From IMG/VR virus record IMGVR_UViG_3300003876_000001, positions 62,001 through 126,000 of that record: a stretch of DNA of 64,000 bases; one strand, 5' to 3'. This document shows positions 30,942 to 40,177 of this stretch, piece by piece. This stretch comes from an uncultured virus (IMG/VR IMGVR_UViG_3300003876_000001). Its lineage: Duplodnaviria > Heunggongvirae > Uroviricota > Caudoviricetes. A model generated the notes under the pieces. The model made no database searches. It was given only the letters and a program-made list of their open reading frames with translations, and was not told the origin of the DNA. Numbering within the stretch: the stretch's first letter is position 1; each line of letters opens with the position of its first letter. A program made the position numbers and the translations under genes.

Positions 30942-31112
30942 TTATTTTTTTAATTCTTCTACACTAACCCATTTCCATCCTAGAAAAAGTTGTGTACATA
31001 TTCTTCTAAACCAATTAGGTTTAAATCCAACAGCTAATTGAGTCATATTCTCAATATCATTACCTATTAAATATACTCCTACGATTTTGTTTATTTTTTG
31101 ATCTGTTATCAT
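30942..31112 (-). CDS. Small hypothetical protein (56 aa, not in ORF track)
   Basis: MITDQK...KPNWFRRICTQLFLGWKWVS fills the gap exactly. Confidence 0.6.
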   Translation of the reverse strand: MITDQKINKIVGVYLIGNDIENMTQLAVGFKPNWFRRICTQLFLGWKWVSVEELKK

Positions 31113-31121
31113 AATTTTATT

Positions 31122-32429
31122 TTATATAAATCCTATTAAACTTCTTAGTATTTGTAAATACTGATTAATTTTTTCCTTTAATATTAATTTACTTACTGGA
31201 ATAATTAAATTTAACATTTCATTTTTTATTAATTCGAATAAAAATTCATTTATTGTTGCTTTTGCTTGTTTAGCTAAACAATCTGCAAGTTTTCTTCTTT
31301 TAACTAAATCATCAATTGGGTCACCAATATCTGGTACTCCATTATTTTTAAATGCTGATGTCATTGCAAATAATGCTCTTATTTGTGGTGGTGATATTAC
31401 AGAACCTACTAACGTACTAACAATAGCATTAATTAAACGTTTTAAAAATCCATCTTTTATTGTCTCACCATCTTCCTTTGCTTGTGATTCATCTTCAGGA
31501 TCAAAACCACTTTCAACAAGTTCTAAATATGCATTACCTACGGTAAGGGGATCTGTACTACCTGTTGTAATACTAATCATATTTTCTAATGAATCTAATG
31601 TAACAATATTAATTAAAACACCACAACCAACATCAACATCTTGAATTCCTTCTAATCTTTTTTGAGCATCTTGTTCAATTTTACGAAGTTCATCATCAGA
31701 TATTTCAATCGATTCTGCTTCATTAATTAATTTGTTTATACTCTTATCTAACTTTCCTTCTAATATTAATTGATTTTGAGTTTTATTTTGATTAGTATCT
31801 ATTGTACCAAATATTTGATTTGTTATTTTAGATGTAAATTCTTTTTCATTAATAATTGTAAGACCATCTATATAATCATTAGTAAAATCTCCAATTGTTT
31901 GAGATGAATTAGTAGGTTTATATCTAAACTCATTTGATGTTGCATTAAAATTTATTTTCGTATTATTAAATGTTACATCAGTACCAGCATTTACTTGTGC
32001 ACTACGTGATTTCACATCAAAATCATTAGGATTATTATTATATAATAAACTACCTGTTTGTGATGATGGATCGGTTTTTAATTTTTCGTAAGTATCAATA
32101 TCCCCTGCTGGTACGGCAATACCACTAGTATTAAATGATGATGGTAATGTTTGATCTGAATTAAACTCAATTGTTTGATTTTTTAATTCATCTTTTAATT
32201 TCGGTTCAACATTTCTAATGAATGTTGTCATTAATTCACCAACAGTACTTTTTAATTTTTCACTACCTACCATTACAACTAATAGATCTAATAAAAAAGG
32301 TACAATTTCTTTTGAATTATTTATTGATGATATAGAATCTTTTGGATTTGGTACATTTTGATTATCCTTAACCGATGTTAATGCACCAATTTGGCTAAAT
32401 ACGTTTCTTTTATTATCAATAATCCCCAT
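31122..32429 (-). CDS. Putative virion structural protein
   Basis: 435 aa, in late-motif operon with spike. Confidence 0.5.
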   Translation of the reverse strand: MGIIDNKRNVFSQIGALTSVKDNQNVPNPKDSISSINNSKEIVPFLLDLLVVMVGSEKLKSTVGELMTTFIRNVEPKLKDELKNQTIEFNSDQTLPSSFNTSGIAVPAGDIDTYEKLKTDPSSQTGSLLYNNNPNDFDVKSRSAQVNAGTDVTFNNTKINFNATSNEFRYKPTNSSQTIGDFTNDYIDGLTIINEKEFTSKITNQIFGTIDTNQNKTQNQLILEGKLDKSINKLINEAESIEISDDELRKIEQDAQKRLEGIQDVDVGCGVLINIVTLDSLENMISITTGSTDPLTVGNAYLELVESGFDPEDESQAKEDGETIKDGFLKRLINAIVSTLVGSVISPPQIRALFAMTSAFKNNGVPDIGDPIDDLVKRRKLADCLAKQAKATINEFLFELIKNEMLNLIIPVSKLILKEKINQYLQILRSLIGFI

Positions 32430-32435
32430 CCCATT

Positions 32436-32798
32436 TTAATCTTTCTTTTTTTCTAATTCTTTCATTGCATCTTGAGCAGCTTTAATAATTGCTTCTCTAT
32501 CAGTATTACCAGATTCTGGTGTATTTTCACCATTTTTACCATCAACAAATACAATTTCTTTAAGATATTTTAAAATCATAATTCTTTGATCTTGGTTTTT
32601 TGCCATAGCACCTATTAATTTAACGATACTATCGCCCATTGCAGCAATTTCACCACCTTCTTTAATTTTAGCTTCCCATTTTCTGAATAATACATCAATT
32701 TTTGATTTTAAAGTAAATGAATCATCATACAGTTCTTGCATGTATTGATTCACACCATCTTCAGTAAATTTTAACTTGGTTCTTTTCTTTCTTGGCAT
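32436..32798 (-). CDS. Hypothetical protein
   Basis: Late motif at 32814 upstream. Confidence 0.6.
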   Translation of the reverse strand: MPRKKRTKLKFTEDGVNQYMQELYDDSFTLKSKIDVLFRKWEAKIKEGGEIAAMGDSIVKLIGAMAKNQDQRIMILKYLKEIVFVDGKNGENTPESGNTDREAIIKAAQDAMKELEKKKD

Positions 32799-32842
32799 AA
32801 TACAATATTTAATATAAATACTGAGTATAACAAAACTTTATA

Positions 32843-33604
32843 CTATTCGTCTTCATAGAAAGTTTTCTTTTCTAAATAATATATCTCTTTAAATGGCTTC
32901 ATTGATATTCTAATTTCTTTAGTGTTGAGCCTTGTTTGTTCTTTTAGGAGTTGTAAAATTTTATTCTTCTGATATTTATTTGTTATTTTTTTAGTAACTT
33001 TACCATCAGGAGTATCTTCCATGAATAAGATATGCCAATTGGATAATACATCAATAATTGCTTCACCAACAATAATTTCATTTTTCTTTAAAGAAGCATC
33101 GGTATCTATTCTTTCTCTCATACTTTTAATTATTTGTTTCATTAATATTTCAAGATCATTATAATACCCATCTATTTCATATAGATACTCATCTCTACCC
33201 ATTACATCAGATGAATAATCTTCCCACGATAATAAAGTTAATTTTTCCTTATTACTTTTTTTACTATGATCTTTATAAAAATTTCTTACAATTGTTTGAC
33301 AATAACTAAAAGCTTTTACTTTCTTTCCTGCCTTATTAATTTTATTTGGATTAAATTTAACCATTTGAACAATTAAGTGTGATAAAGCATCTGCTTCTAC
33401 TTCATGAATATCATAATTTCCAATATGTATTGGATACCTACGGAGTATTGATTCAGTCATTTTTCTGAATGGCTCTCTTAAAATATCATTATATATTTTA
33501 TGTCTTATATCAGAACTATTAGCATTAATATAATCTACCACTGCTTGTTCTTCACGTTCTGCAAAGTATAGTGTTCCAACTTTTAATTTTCTTTTTGTTG
33601 TCAT
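32843..33604 (-). CDS. Phage late-transcription sigma factor (gp55-like)
   Basis: YF...EE.AV..Y and region-2-like KFNP...KAFSYCQTIVRNF. Confidence 0.7.
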   Translation of the reverse strand: MTTKRKLKVGTLYFAEREEQAVVDYINANSSDIRHKIYNDILREPFRKMTESILRRYPIHIGNYDIHEVEADALSHLIVQMVKFNPNKINKAGKKVKAFSYCQTIVRNFYKDHSKKSNKEKLTLLSWEDYSSDVMGRDEYLYEIDGYYNDLEILMKQIIKSMRERIDTDASLKKNEIIVGEAIIDVLSNWHILFMEDTPDGKVTKKITNKYQKNKILQLLKEQTRLNTKEIRISMKPFKEIYYLEKKTFYEDE

Positions 33605-33628
33605 ATATCATAAATTATCAATTTAGAG

Positions 33629-34441
33629 TTATTTTTCGTTTGCTTTTAGCAATGACATATCTATAATTCTATCACTTATAAAATTAGATTCTTTTTTTGC
33701 AGTATCAAACCAAAATTTTCTTTCATTTATTGATAATGTAGTACTATAAGTATCAAATAAACTACCTTCTCTAGTTGCAAAGTGTTTTAGTCCTATTTTA
33801 GGAATAATATAAATATTACCACCATTATTAAGAACTCTTAATAGATATTCATATGTAAATGTTAATATTATATTTGATTTTAACCCACCAACAGCTTTAA
33901 AGTCTTCAGTATTGAAAATTCCACCACTAAATTTGAAGTCAGTATATTGATTAAGTGCGTTTACATTTAGATAACCCATTTCACCATTTTCACCAACAAA
34001 TTGTTTAGACCAAACAGTTTCATTAGTTATTTTAAGAATTTCTTCCTTATTATTAGTTTCAACTATTATGGGTAGAAATAATTCAATATTATCAACACTA
34101 GAAATATGATCTAAAGCATTTTTATAATATGTTGTACTTAATTCATCATCAAATTCTAGTATAGTGAACCAATCGGTTTCAACATTTTCAACACCATAAT
34201 TTATTTGACTTTGAAAATCAGTTTTATCTTCGTTTTTAAGTAAAACTAAATTAACCTCTGTTTCATATTTATCAACAAATTTATTAATTTCTTTTTCAAT
34301 TTTAGCAGCAAATACTAATAATGTTACTGGTCTTTCTTTTCCAATTTTATCTTGCTTAGAAATACTATCAAGAGCATTAGTAAGTAATTTTTCAATTTCT
34401 TCACTATATTCGTGAACAGGTATTATTGTTGTTATATTCAT
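33629..34441 (-). CDS. GT2-family glycosyltransferase
   Basis: ITTIIPVH, QINYG, ILEFDD. Confidence 0.8.
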   Translation of the reverse strand: MNITTIIPVHEYSEEIEKLLTNALDSISKQDKIGKERPVTLLVFAAKIEKEINKFVDKYETEVNLVLLKNEDKTDFQSQINYGVENVETDWFTILEFDDELSTTYYKNALDHISSVDNIELFLPIIVETNNKEEILKITNETVWSKQFVGENGEMGYLNVNALNQYTDFKFSGGIFNTEDFKAVGGLKSNIILTFTYEYLLRVLNNGGNIYIIPKIGLKHFATREGSLFDTYSTTLSINERKFWFDTAKKESNFISDRIIDMSLLKANEK

Positions 34442-34464
34442 TTTCTTTATATTTTTAATTTAAA

Positions 34465-35634
34465 TTATTTTTTAATTTCTTCATCAGTTGATGTAGTAAC
34501 TTCTTGTGCTTTATTATAATCATCAACAACTTTTTGAAGTAAATCAATACGTGTTTGAAAAATATCACTATAAATTTTTTCTAATCTCTTAGTTGCTTTT
34601 TCAACAGTATATTTATTTGCAATTGTTGACATTGTTTCATATACTTTATCATCAATAGTATCATCTAAAAATTTAGTTACTAAATCTCCAATTAATATTG
34701 GGAGAGAATATATATCTCTAGTCCAAACACCAGAATTTTCAATAAATTCACCATCATCATCTAATAAATATTCTGGTGTAATGTCTGGTACTAATGCAAT
34801 TGGTATTGATCCTGCTTTCATTGCTTCAAGTGGTAGTGTACCGAATGTTGAAATTCTATCAACCCAAACAGTTGCAAAATTTTTCTTTAGTCTTTCAGCA
34901 TAATCAATTCTTCTTAATGGTGAAGGTGGTTTTGAGTCTGTAATCATAGAATCAAAAGTTATCCAACCAAATTGTGGATTTCTTGAATAAAATAATTTTA
35001 CAATTTTAGATATTTCATTAGGATTTCTACCAACAATAGAAATTACTGGTCTTTTTATCACATTTTTAGTGTTATTAAAATAATCTGGAATTGCTGGTGC
35101 TGAAACATTTATATTAAAATTAGCATTACGATAAAATTCATTTATTAAATTAACAACTTCATCTGTTGTTGTAATAACTTCAGTAATACCAAATGATGTC
35201 CAATCTGTTGCAGGAAGTAAACTATTTAACTTATAATCTAACGATTGTAATAAACCTACTCTAATACATGGTAAATTTTTAGTTTGTTCCATAACATTTG
35301 AAAATATTTCAGGTATTATAACCATATCTTGTGTTCCAACAGTTAATTTTGCTTTTTCCATTGGTTCATGTGTAATGTTAGTTAATTCTGGTTCTATCCA
35401 GCTAGGAATTTCATAATCAACAACATCTGTTAACATCGTTACATTATACCCCAAATTTTTTAATGTTTTAGCATGAAAATAAATTTCATATACTGATGCA
35501 GCTGGATTTGTTCCTTTTGCAACAAACATTAATATTCTTGATTCCTTATTTTTTAATTTATTAAGTGCTACTTCTACTTTATTAATTTTTGAAATTTCAG
35601 CATTTTGAATTTCTTCTTCTCTTTTATTTACCAT
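34465..35634 (-). CDS. GT-B (GT4-like) glycosyltransferase
   Basis: IIPEIF, STFGTLPLEAMKAG. Confidence 0.75.
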   Translation of the reverse strand: MVNKREEEIQNAEISKINKVEVALNKLKNKESRILMFVAKGTNPAASVYEIYFHAKTLKNLGYNVTMLTDVVDYEIPSWIEPELTNITHEPMEKAKLTVGTQDMVIIPEIFSNVMEQTKNLPCIRVGLLQSLDYKLNSLLPATDWTSFGITEVITTTDEVVNLINEFYRNANFNINVSAPAIPDYFNNTKNVIKRPVISIVGRNPNEISKIVKLFYSRNPQFGWITFDSMITDSKPPSPLRRIDYAERLKKNFATVWVDRISTFGTLPLEAMKAGSIPIALVPDITPEYLLDDDGEFIENSGVWTRDIYSLPILIGDLVTKFLDDTIDDKVYETMSTIANKYTVEKATKRLEKIYSDIFQTRIDLLQKVVDDYNKAQEVTTSTDEEIKK

Positions 35635-35656
35635 TATTTTATATTTTTAATTTATA

Positions 35657-36369
35657 TTATTCTTCTGTATTTTTAAATCCAATAAATTCTTGGAAATCTC
35701 TACACGATTTTTTTATTTTTATTTTTTTAGTTTCTTCGTCAAATTCATTTTCAATTAAATCAATAATTTGTAAAACATCAAAATCAGCTTCTAATCCATC
35801 ATTATAAGGTCTTGTTATTTTAACAACTTTTTTTTCTATAGGTCTATTAAGTAGTTCAGGATCAGTTGTTAATAGAATATCAACAGAATCCCAAATCTCT
35901 TTATTGGTTTCAACAAAATGGTATTGACCTATTCTAGGCATTAATTTAGAAAGAAAAAATAATGTTGGTGGAATTGTAAACCAATTTTCTTTTGATACTA
36001 TTTTAATATCAAATTGATCTTTATATGTTTTATAAAACAATTCTAAATGTTTATCTAGACCATTATATGTTGGTGATGCTGAACCATGTATTTCAAAATT
36101 AAAATCTTCATACATAAATCTTTTATATTTTTCATCAGCAGTAACCGTTTTAGTTTCAGATTTAAATGCCATACTATCAACAGGTGCTTCACCTGTTTTT
36201 TCATCAATAGTATAATCTATTGGTGAAATATCATCAGGTAAATCTTCATTTAAAAATTTAGTTGTTTCTTCACCATCTTCCCATACATAATCATTTCTTA
36301 AATCAAATTTATATGGGTCATCTGATGATTTAATACTTCATTAATATCTATTCCTATTACTTTTTTCAT
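35657..36369 (-). pseudogene. HAD-like 5'(3')-nucleotidase-type gene with N-terminal frameshift
   Basis: MKKVIGIDINEVL at 36369 goes out of frame near 36330; other frame KSSDDPY... runs into the 35657..36172 ORF (KITRPYN). Confidence 0.6.
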
Positions 36370-36720
36370 TTTATTTTTTTATTGTTGGTATTAATATTAT
36401 TCTATCTTTTACTGTTGTAATTAGCATATCATTTATGTCATTTATTCCATCTTTAATGTAAAGAGGATCAATAGATAAATATAAATCACCTTCTTCGTCA
36501 TTTAACATTGTTTTTAAATTATTTAATGTCATTGGTGATTCTAAATCAGGTTGTATAATTACACCATTAAAATCTTCATAATATTTACATTTGTTTCAAA
36601 TATTTCAGATAATCTACTAACATTTTGTTCGATTTCTTCTCTTAATTCTGGATTATTATCTAATTTATCATTAATCCTATCTATAAATTTATGAAAATCT
36701 TCATCATTAAAATCACTCAT
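36370..36720 (-). pseudogene. Fragmented hypothetical gene
   Basis: MSDFNDED... start coupled to previous gene; plausible coding continues through two frame changes to ...IILIPTIKK*. Confidence 0.4.
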
Positions 36721-37021
36721 TTGTTTTATTATTTAATTCTTCAATTTGATTATTTAATTTTTCATGAAGTTCACTCATTAGTCTTTCATGCTTTTTTATT
36801 AAATTACTATCAGTTATATATTTAGGATTAATACAATCTACCCTACTTTCACCATAAATCGGGATAGCAATAATTTCACTATTTTCACTTACAGAATTTG
36901 AAGATATTTTATTCATAACTCTTTCCATAAATTCTTCAACAGCATCAATCTCAACATCAGCAATTGATATATAATATACTAATATTAGTTTATTTTGATT
37001 TTCTTCTGATTTTTTCATCAT
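36713..37021 (-). CDS. Hypothetical protein
   Basis: LILVYYI...SRVDCINPKYI. Confidence 0.65.
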   Translation of the reverse strand: MMKKSEENQNKLILVYYISIADVEIDAVEEFMERVMNKISSNSVSENSEIIAIPIYGESRVDCINPKYITDSNLIKKHERLMSELHEKLNNQIEELNNKTNE

Positions 37022-38831
37022 TATGTTCTTTAAATTTATCTTCGATTTTATTTATTATTGGATTTCTAATATTTACATCTTTATCATTCATACTAATACA
37101 TCCAATTTCTTCAACATTTTTAAACATATTTAATAAAATATCTAACGAACTTTCATCTTTATTTCTTAAATCAATTTGATTAGAATCACCTAATAAAATC
37201 ATTTTACTATCTTCACCTATTCTAGTCATTAAAGTACGCATATTACCTATTGAAATATTTTGTACTTCATCAGCTATAATAATAGCATTATCAATTGATG
37301 CACCACGTGCATATGCTAAAGGAAATGGGCGAATAAAATCATTTTCCATTAATGATTTAATTTTTGTATCTGGTAATAATTTTTCAACATTTAATACAAA
37401 ACTCCAAATGAATGGTTCAATTTTTTCATTTAAATCACCTTTTAAGAATCCAATTTCTTCACCCTTTAATGTTGTTACTGATTTAACAAGATAAATTTTT
37501 AAAAATTTATTATTTTCTGCTCTTAACAAACCCAATGCTAAAGCAAGTGAAATAAAAGTATTGTGTGTTATAATAAAATTATTTGTAATATATAAATTAT
37601 CATTAGCTTCAACACTTATACATTTCATTTCCTTTTTACCAATAAATTCAATATTTTTTATATATCTAACAGGGAAATATTTTGTTTTATTTTTAAATAA
37701 ACCTTTTTTCCTATTTAATTTAAATGGAATTATTTTATTTGGTAACCTAAATGACATACTATATGAAATTCTTCCTAATTTAATTTCATTTTTATATTTA
37801 TATTTTTTTACCTTTTCTTTAATTGGGTTTATTACCCCACCTAAAGATTCTATAATAAATTTTAAATTTAAAATTAATTCTTTAGATGTACTAGTAAATG
37901 ATAATGTTCCACTTTTTTTATCTACAGTACCATCTGAATCCATTAGTCCTTGTAATAATTCAATTCTATCATTTATTGATGAATATAAATAATTATTCGG
38001 TATAAATTTATTTTCAGATTTAATACCATTTAACTTTAATTCATTAATATATTTTCTATATGAATATTTTTTGTTTGATATTTTATTTAAAATAGAATAA
38101 TCATATTTAGATGATTTTATTTTTTTTATAAAATAATCATTTGGTAATCTAGAATCACATTCATTAATTATTTGTTTATCAGAACTACTAATTCTAATTG
38201 TCGTTGTTAGTGAACCATCACCTAATAATACCCCTAATAAATATGGATCAACTAATAATTTTTTTTTCTTAAACTCAATTGCATCAACAATAGGAATTGA
38301 ATATTTCAATTTATTTGATTTATTCTTATAGTTAATGTTTATTTCAGACAATGTTTTTATTGTACCACGACTATTTTTTAAATAATTTCTTTCATAATCA
38401 TTATATGTTAACCATAAATGTTCATCACAACATTCAACTTTTGACCCATCTGAAAATGTAACCAAATATGCTTCCCTTTTTCCTTGATAAAAAACACCAT
38501 TAACTTTAGTTAATTTTCCGTTTTTACCAAATATTTTATCACCAATATTTATATTTCCCATTCTAACATAACCATTTTCAGTTAAAATAAGACTATCTAA
38601 TGGTTGTGCTTTACCAGTACCAGCAGGTCCTGAACAGATGGTTATCTCATTTCTCAATATAGATTTAATTAGGTCTTTTTGACTAACATTTTTAGCCGAT
38701 ATATTAACATCCCTGTTTAAAGCAGACCTAATTCTTTTCTTTTCATCATTAATCCTTGTCGTATTTTCGTCCCGTTCAATTGATTCTGGATCAATTGAAT
38801 TTTTTCTTTTGTTTCCTCTTTTTACTGCCAT
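36990..38831 (-). CDS. phoH: PhoH-family ATPase with intein
   Basis: GPAGTGK|TF, IGFLKGDLNEK, PLAYARG, DEVQN, TRIGE, GDSNQID. Confidence 0.92.
   Translation of the reverse strand: MAVKRGNKRKNSIDPESIERDENTTRINDEKKRIRSALNRDVNISAKNVSQKDLIKSILRNEITICSGPAGTGKAQPLDSLILTENGYVRMGNINIGDKIFGKNGKLTKVNGVFYQGKREAYLVTFSDGSKVECCDEHLWLTYNDYERNYLKNSRGTIKTLSEININYKNKSNKLKYSIPIVDAIEFKKKKLLVDPYLLGVLLGDGSLTTTIRISSSDKQIINECDSRLPNDYFIKKIKSSKYDYSILNKISNKKYSYRKYINELKLNGIKSENKFIPNNYLYSSINDRIELLQGLMDSDGTVDKKSGTLSFTSTSKELILNLKFIIESLGGVINPIKEKVKKYKYKNEIKLGRISYSMSFRLPNKIIPFKLNRKKGLFKNKTKYFPVRYIKNIEFIGKKEMKCISVEANDNLYITNNFIITHNTFISLALALGLLRAENNKFLKIYLVKSVTTLKGEEIGFLKGDLNEKIEPFIWSFVLNVEKLLPDTKIKSLMENDFIRPFPLAYARGASIDNAIIIADEVQNISIGNMRTLMTRIGEDSKMILLGDSNQIDLRNKDESSLDILLNMFKNVEEIGCISMNDKDVNIRNPIINKIEDKFKEHNDEKIRRKSK
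37560..38609 (-). mobile_element. Class 3-type LAGLIDADG intein (350 aa) in PhoH P-loop
   Basis: Starts AQPLDS, HLW, KCISV, IITHN|T; LLGVLLGDG and LQGLMDSDG motifs. Confidence 0.9.
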
Positions 38832-38842
38832 ATATTAATTTA

Positions 38843-38864
38843 TATTGTCAAATTTTTGACATTG
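38843..38864. promoter_or_regulatory. Palindromic site TATTGTC-N8-GACATTG
   Basis: Matches repeats at 42794-43169; just upstream of phoH start. Confidence 0.55.
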
Positions 38865-38961
38865 TACTATATTATACGAATGAAAAAAGAAAATCTTGAA
38901 TTAAATTTTATTATGTACTATTTATTTGTAGAACTAATAAATTTTTATAAAATATTATAAA

Positions 38962-39933
38962 ATGGCAACAGAAAAAAAAACAGAAAAAGAATTAGAAGGA
39001 ATAGCAATGAAAAACGCTATGGAAGAATATTATAAATCAAAAGGAATTGAACCACCAAAAGATAATTCTATACCAACAGTAGATGATCCATCAGTTATAC
39101 CAACACCACAAATACCTGAACCAATTAATATACCTGCACAAACATTAAATTATAATGCAGATAATTTACAAAATCAAATTCAAACTGAAAATGATCCTGA
39201 TTTATTGATGTCATATGAAGTTGTTTCATTACCATCAAAAGGTTTATTTTATCCAGATGGATTAAAAGAAGTTCAAATTGAATATCTTACTTCAAGAGAT
39301 GAAGACCTTTTAACCACACCATCATTCATTGATGATGGTTCGGTATTAGATAAGTTATTAGCTAGAAAAATTGTAGATAAAAATATTAATCCTAAAAATT
39401 TATTAAGTGGTGATAGAAGTGCACTTATTTTATTTTTAAGAACATCATCATATGGTAATATATATAAGGTTTCTGTTCCTGATCCTAGAAACGGAAATAG
39501 TTTTGAAGAAGATGTGGATTTATTAACATTAAAATATAAAGAAGTTAATGAAAAACCTAATGCTGCTGGTGAGTTTGTAGTTGAAATACCTATGAGAAAG
39601 AAAAAAGTTAGTGTAAAACTTTTAACTTCAGGTGCTGAAGATATTATATTTAAACAAGCAGAAGCACGTAGAGAAGCATATCAAGAAGAAGTATCAGAAT
39701 TTAATACTATGAGATTAAAAGCATCTATTATGGAAATTAATGGTAATAGAGATAGATCATATATTGAACGTTTTGTTGATGTTATGCCAGCCTTAGATGC
39801 ATTTACTATAAGAAGAAAATTATTAGATGTATCTCCTGAAGTTGAAATGAAATATATGTTTACAGCACCAGACGGTTATAAATTCGAAGCACCGTTAAGT
39901 ATGGGTATTGATTTTTTTTTCCCAAGTCACTAG
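38962..39933 (+). CDS. Baseplate hub assembly/tail assembly chaperone (T4 gp26-like)
   Basis: LPSKG.FY, YLT..DED.L, GDR.A...FLR..SYG, C-terminal DFFFP; upstream of tape measure. Confidence 0.75.
   Translation: MATEKKTEKELEGIAMKNAMEEYYKSKGIEPPKDNSIPTVDDPSVIPTPQIPEPINIPAQTLNYNADNLQNQIQTENDPDLLMSYEVVSLPSKGLFYPDGLKEVQIEYLTSRDEDLLTTPSFIDDGSVLDKLLARKIVDKNINPKNLLSGDRSALILFLRTSSYGNIYKVSVPDPRNGNSFEEDVDLLTLKYKEVNEKPNAAGEFVVEIPMRKKKVSVKLLTSGAEDIIFKQAEARREAYQEEVSEFNTMRLKASIMEINGNRDRSYIERFVDVMPALDAFTIRRKLLDVSPEVEMKYMFTAPDGYKFEAPLSMGIDFFFPSH
39912..39921 (+). other. Candidate -1 slippery site T TTT TTT/TTC
   Basis: Run of 9 T; -1 frame open from 39912 to 40133. Confidence 0.6.
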
Positions 39934-39950
39934 CAGGTGAATATAAAAAG

Positions 39951-40133
39951 ATGATAATGGAAGAGATTTATCTCCTTACAAAACATGCAAAATTTAATGC
40001 TGAATATGTTGAAGGGATTCCTGTATATAAAAGAAGATTTTATCTTAATCTTTTAAAGGAAGAACTTGAGAGTACTAAAAAAGCTCATGAAAAAGCAAAT
40101 GCAAAAGCAAGTCAACAAGCCAGAAGAAAGTAA
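39951..40133 (+). CDS. Chaperone C-terminal extension (gp51/gpT-like)
   Basis: EEIY.L..H..F....V..IP.YKRRFYL. Confidence 0.65.
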   Translation: MIMEEIYLLTKHAKFNAEYVEGIPVYKRRFYLNLLKEELESTKKAHEKANAKASQQARRK

Positions 40134-40177
40134 TTATATTTAAATGTATTTATAATTAGTAAAATTATTCTGAAAAA

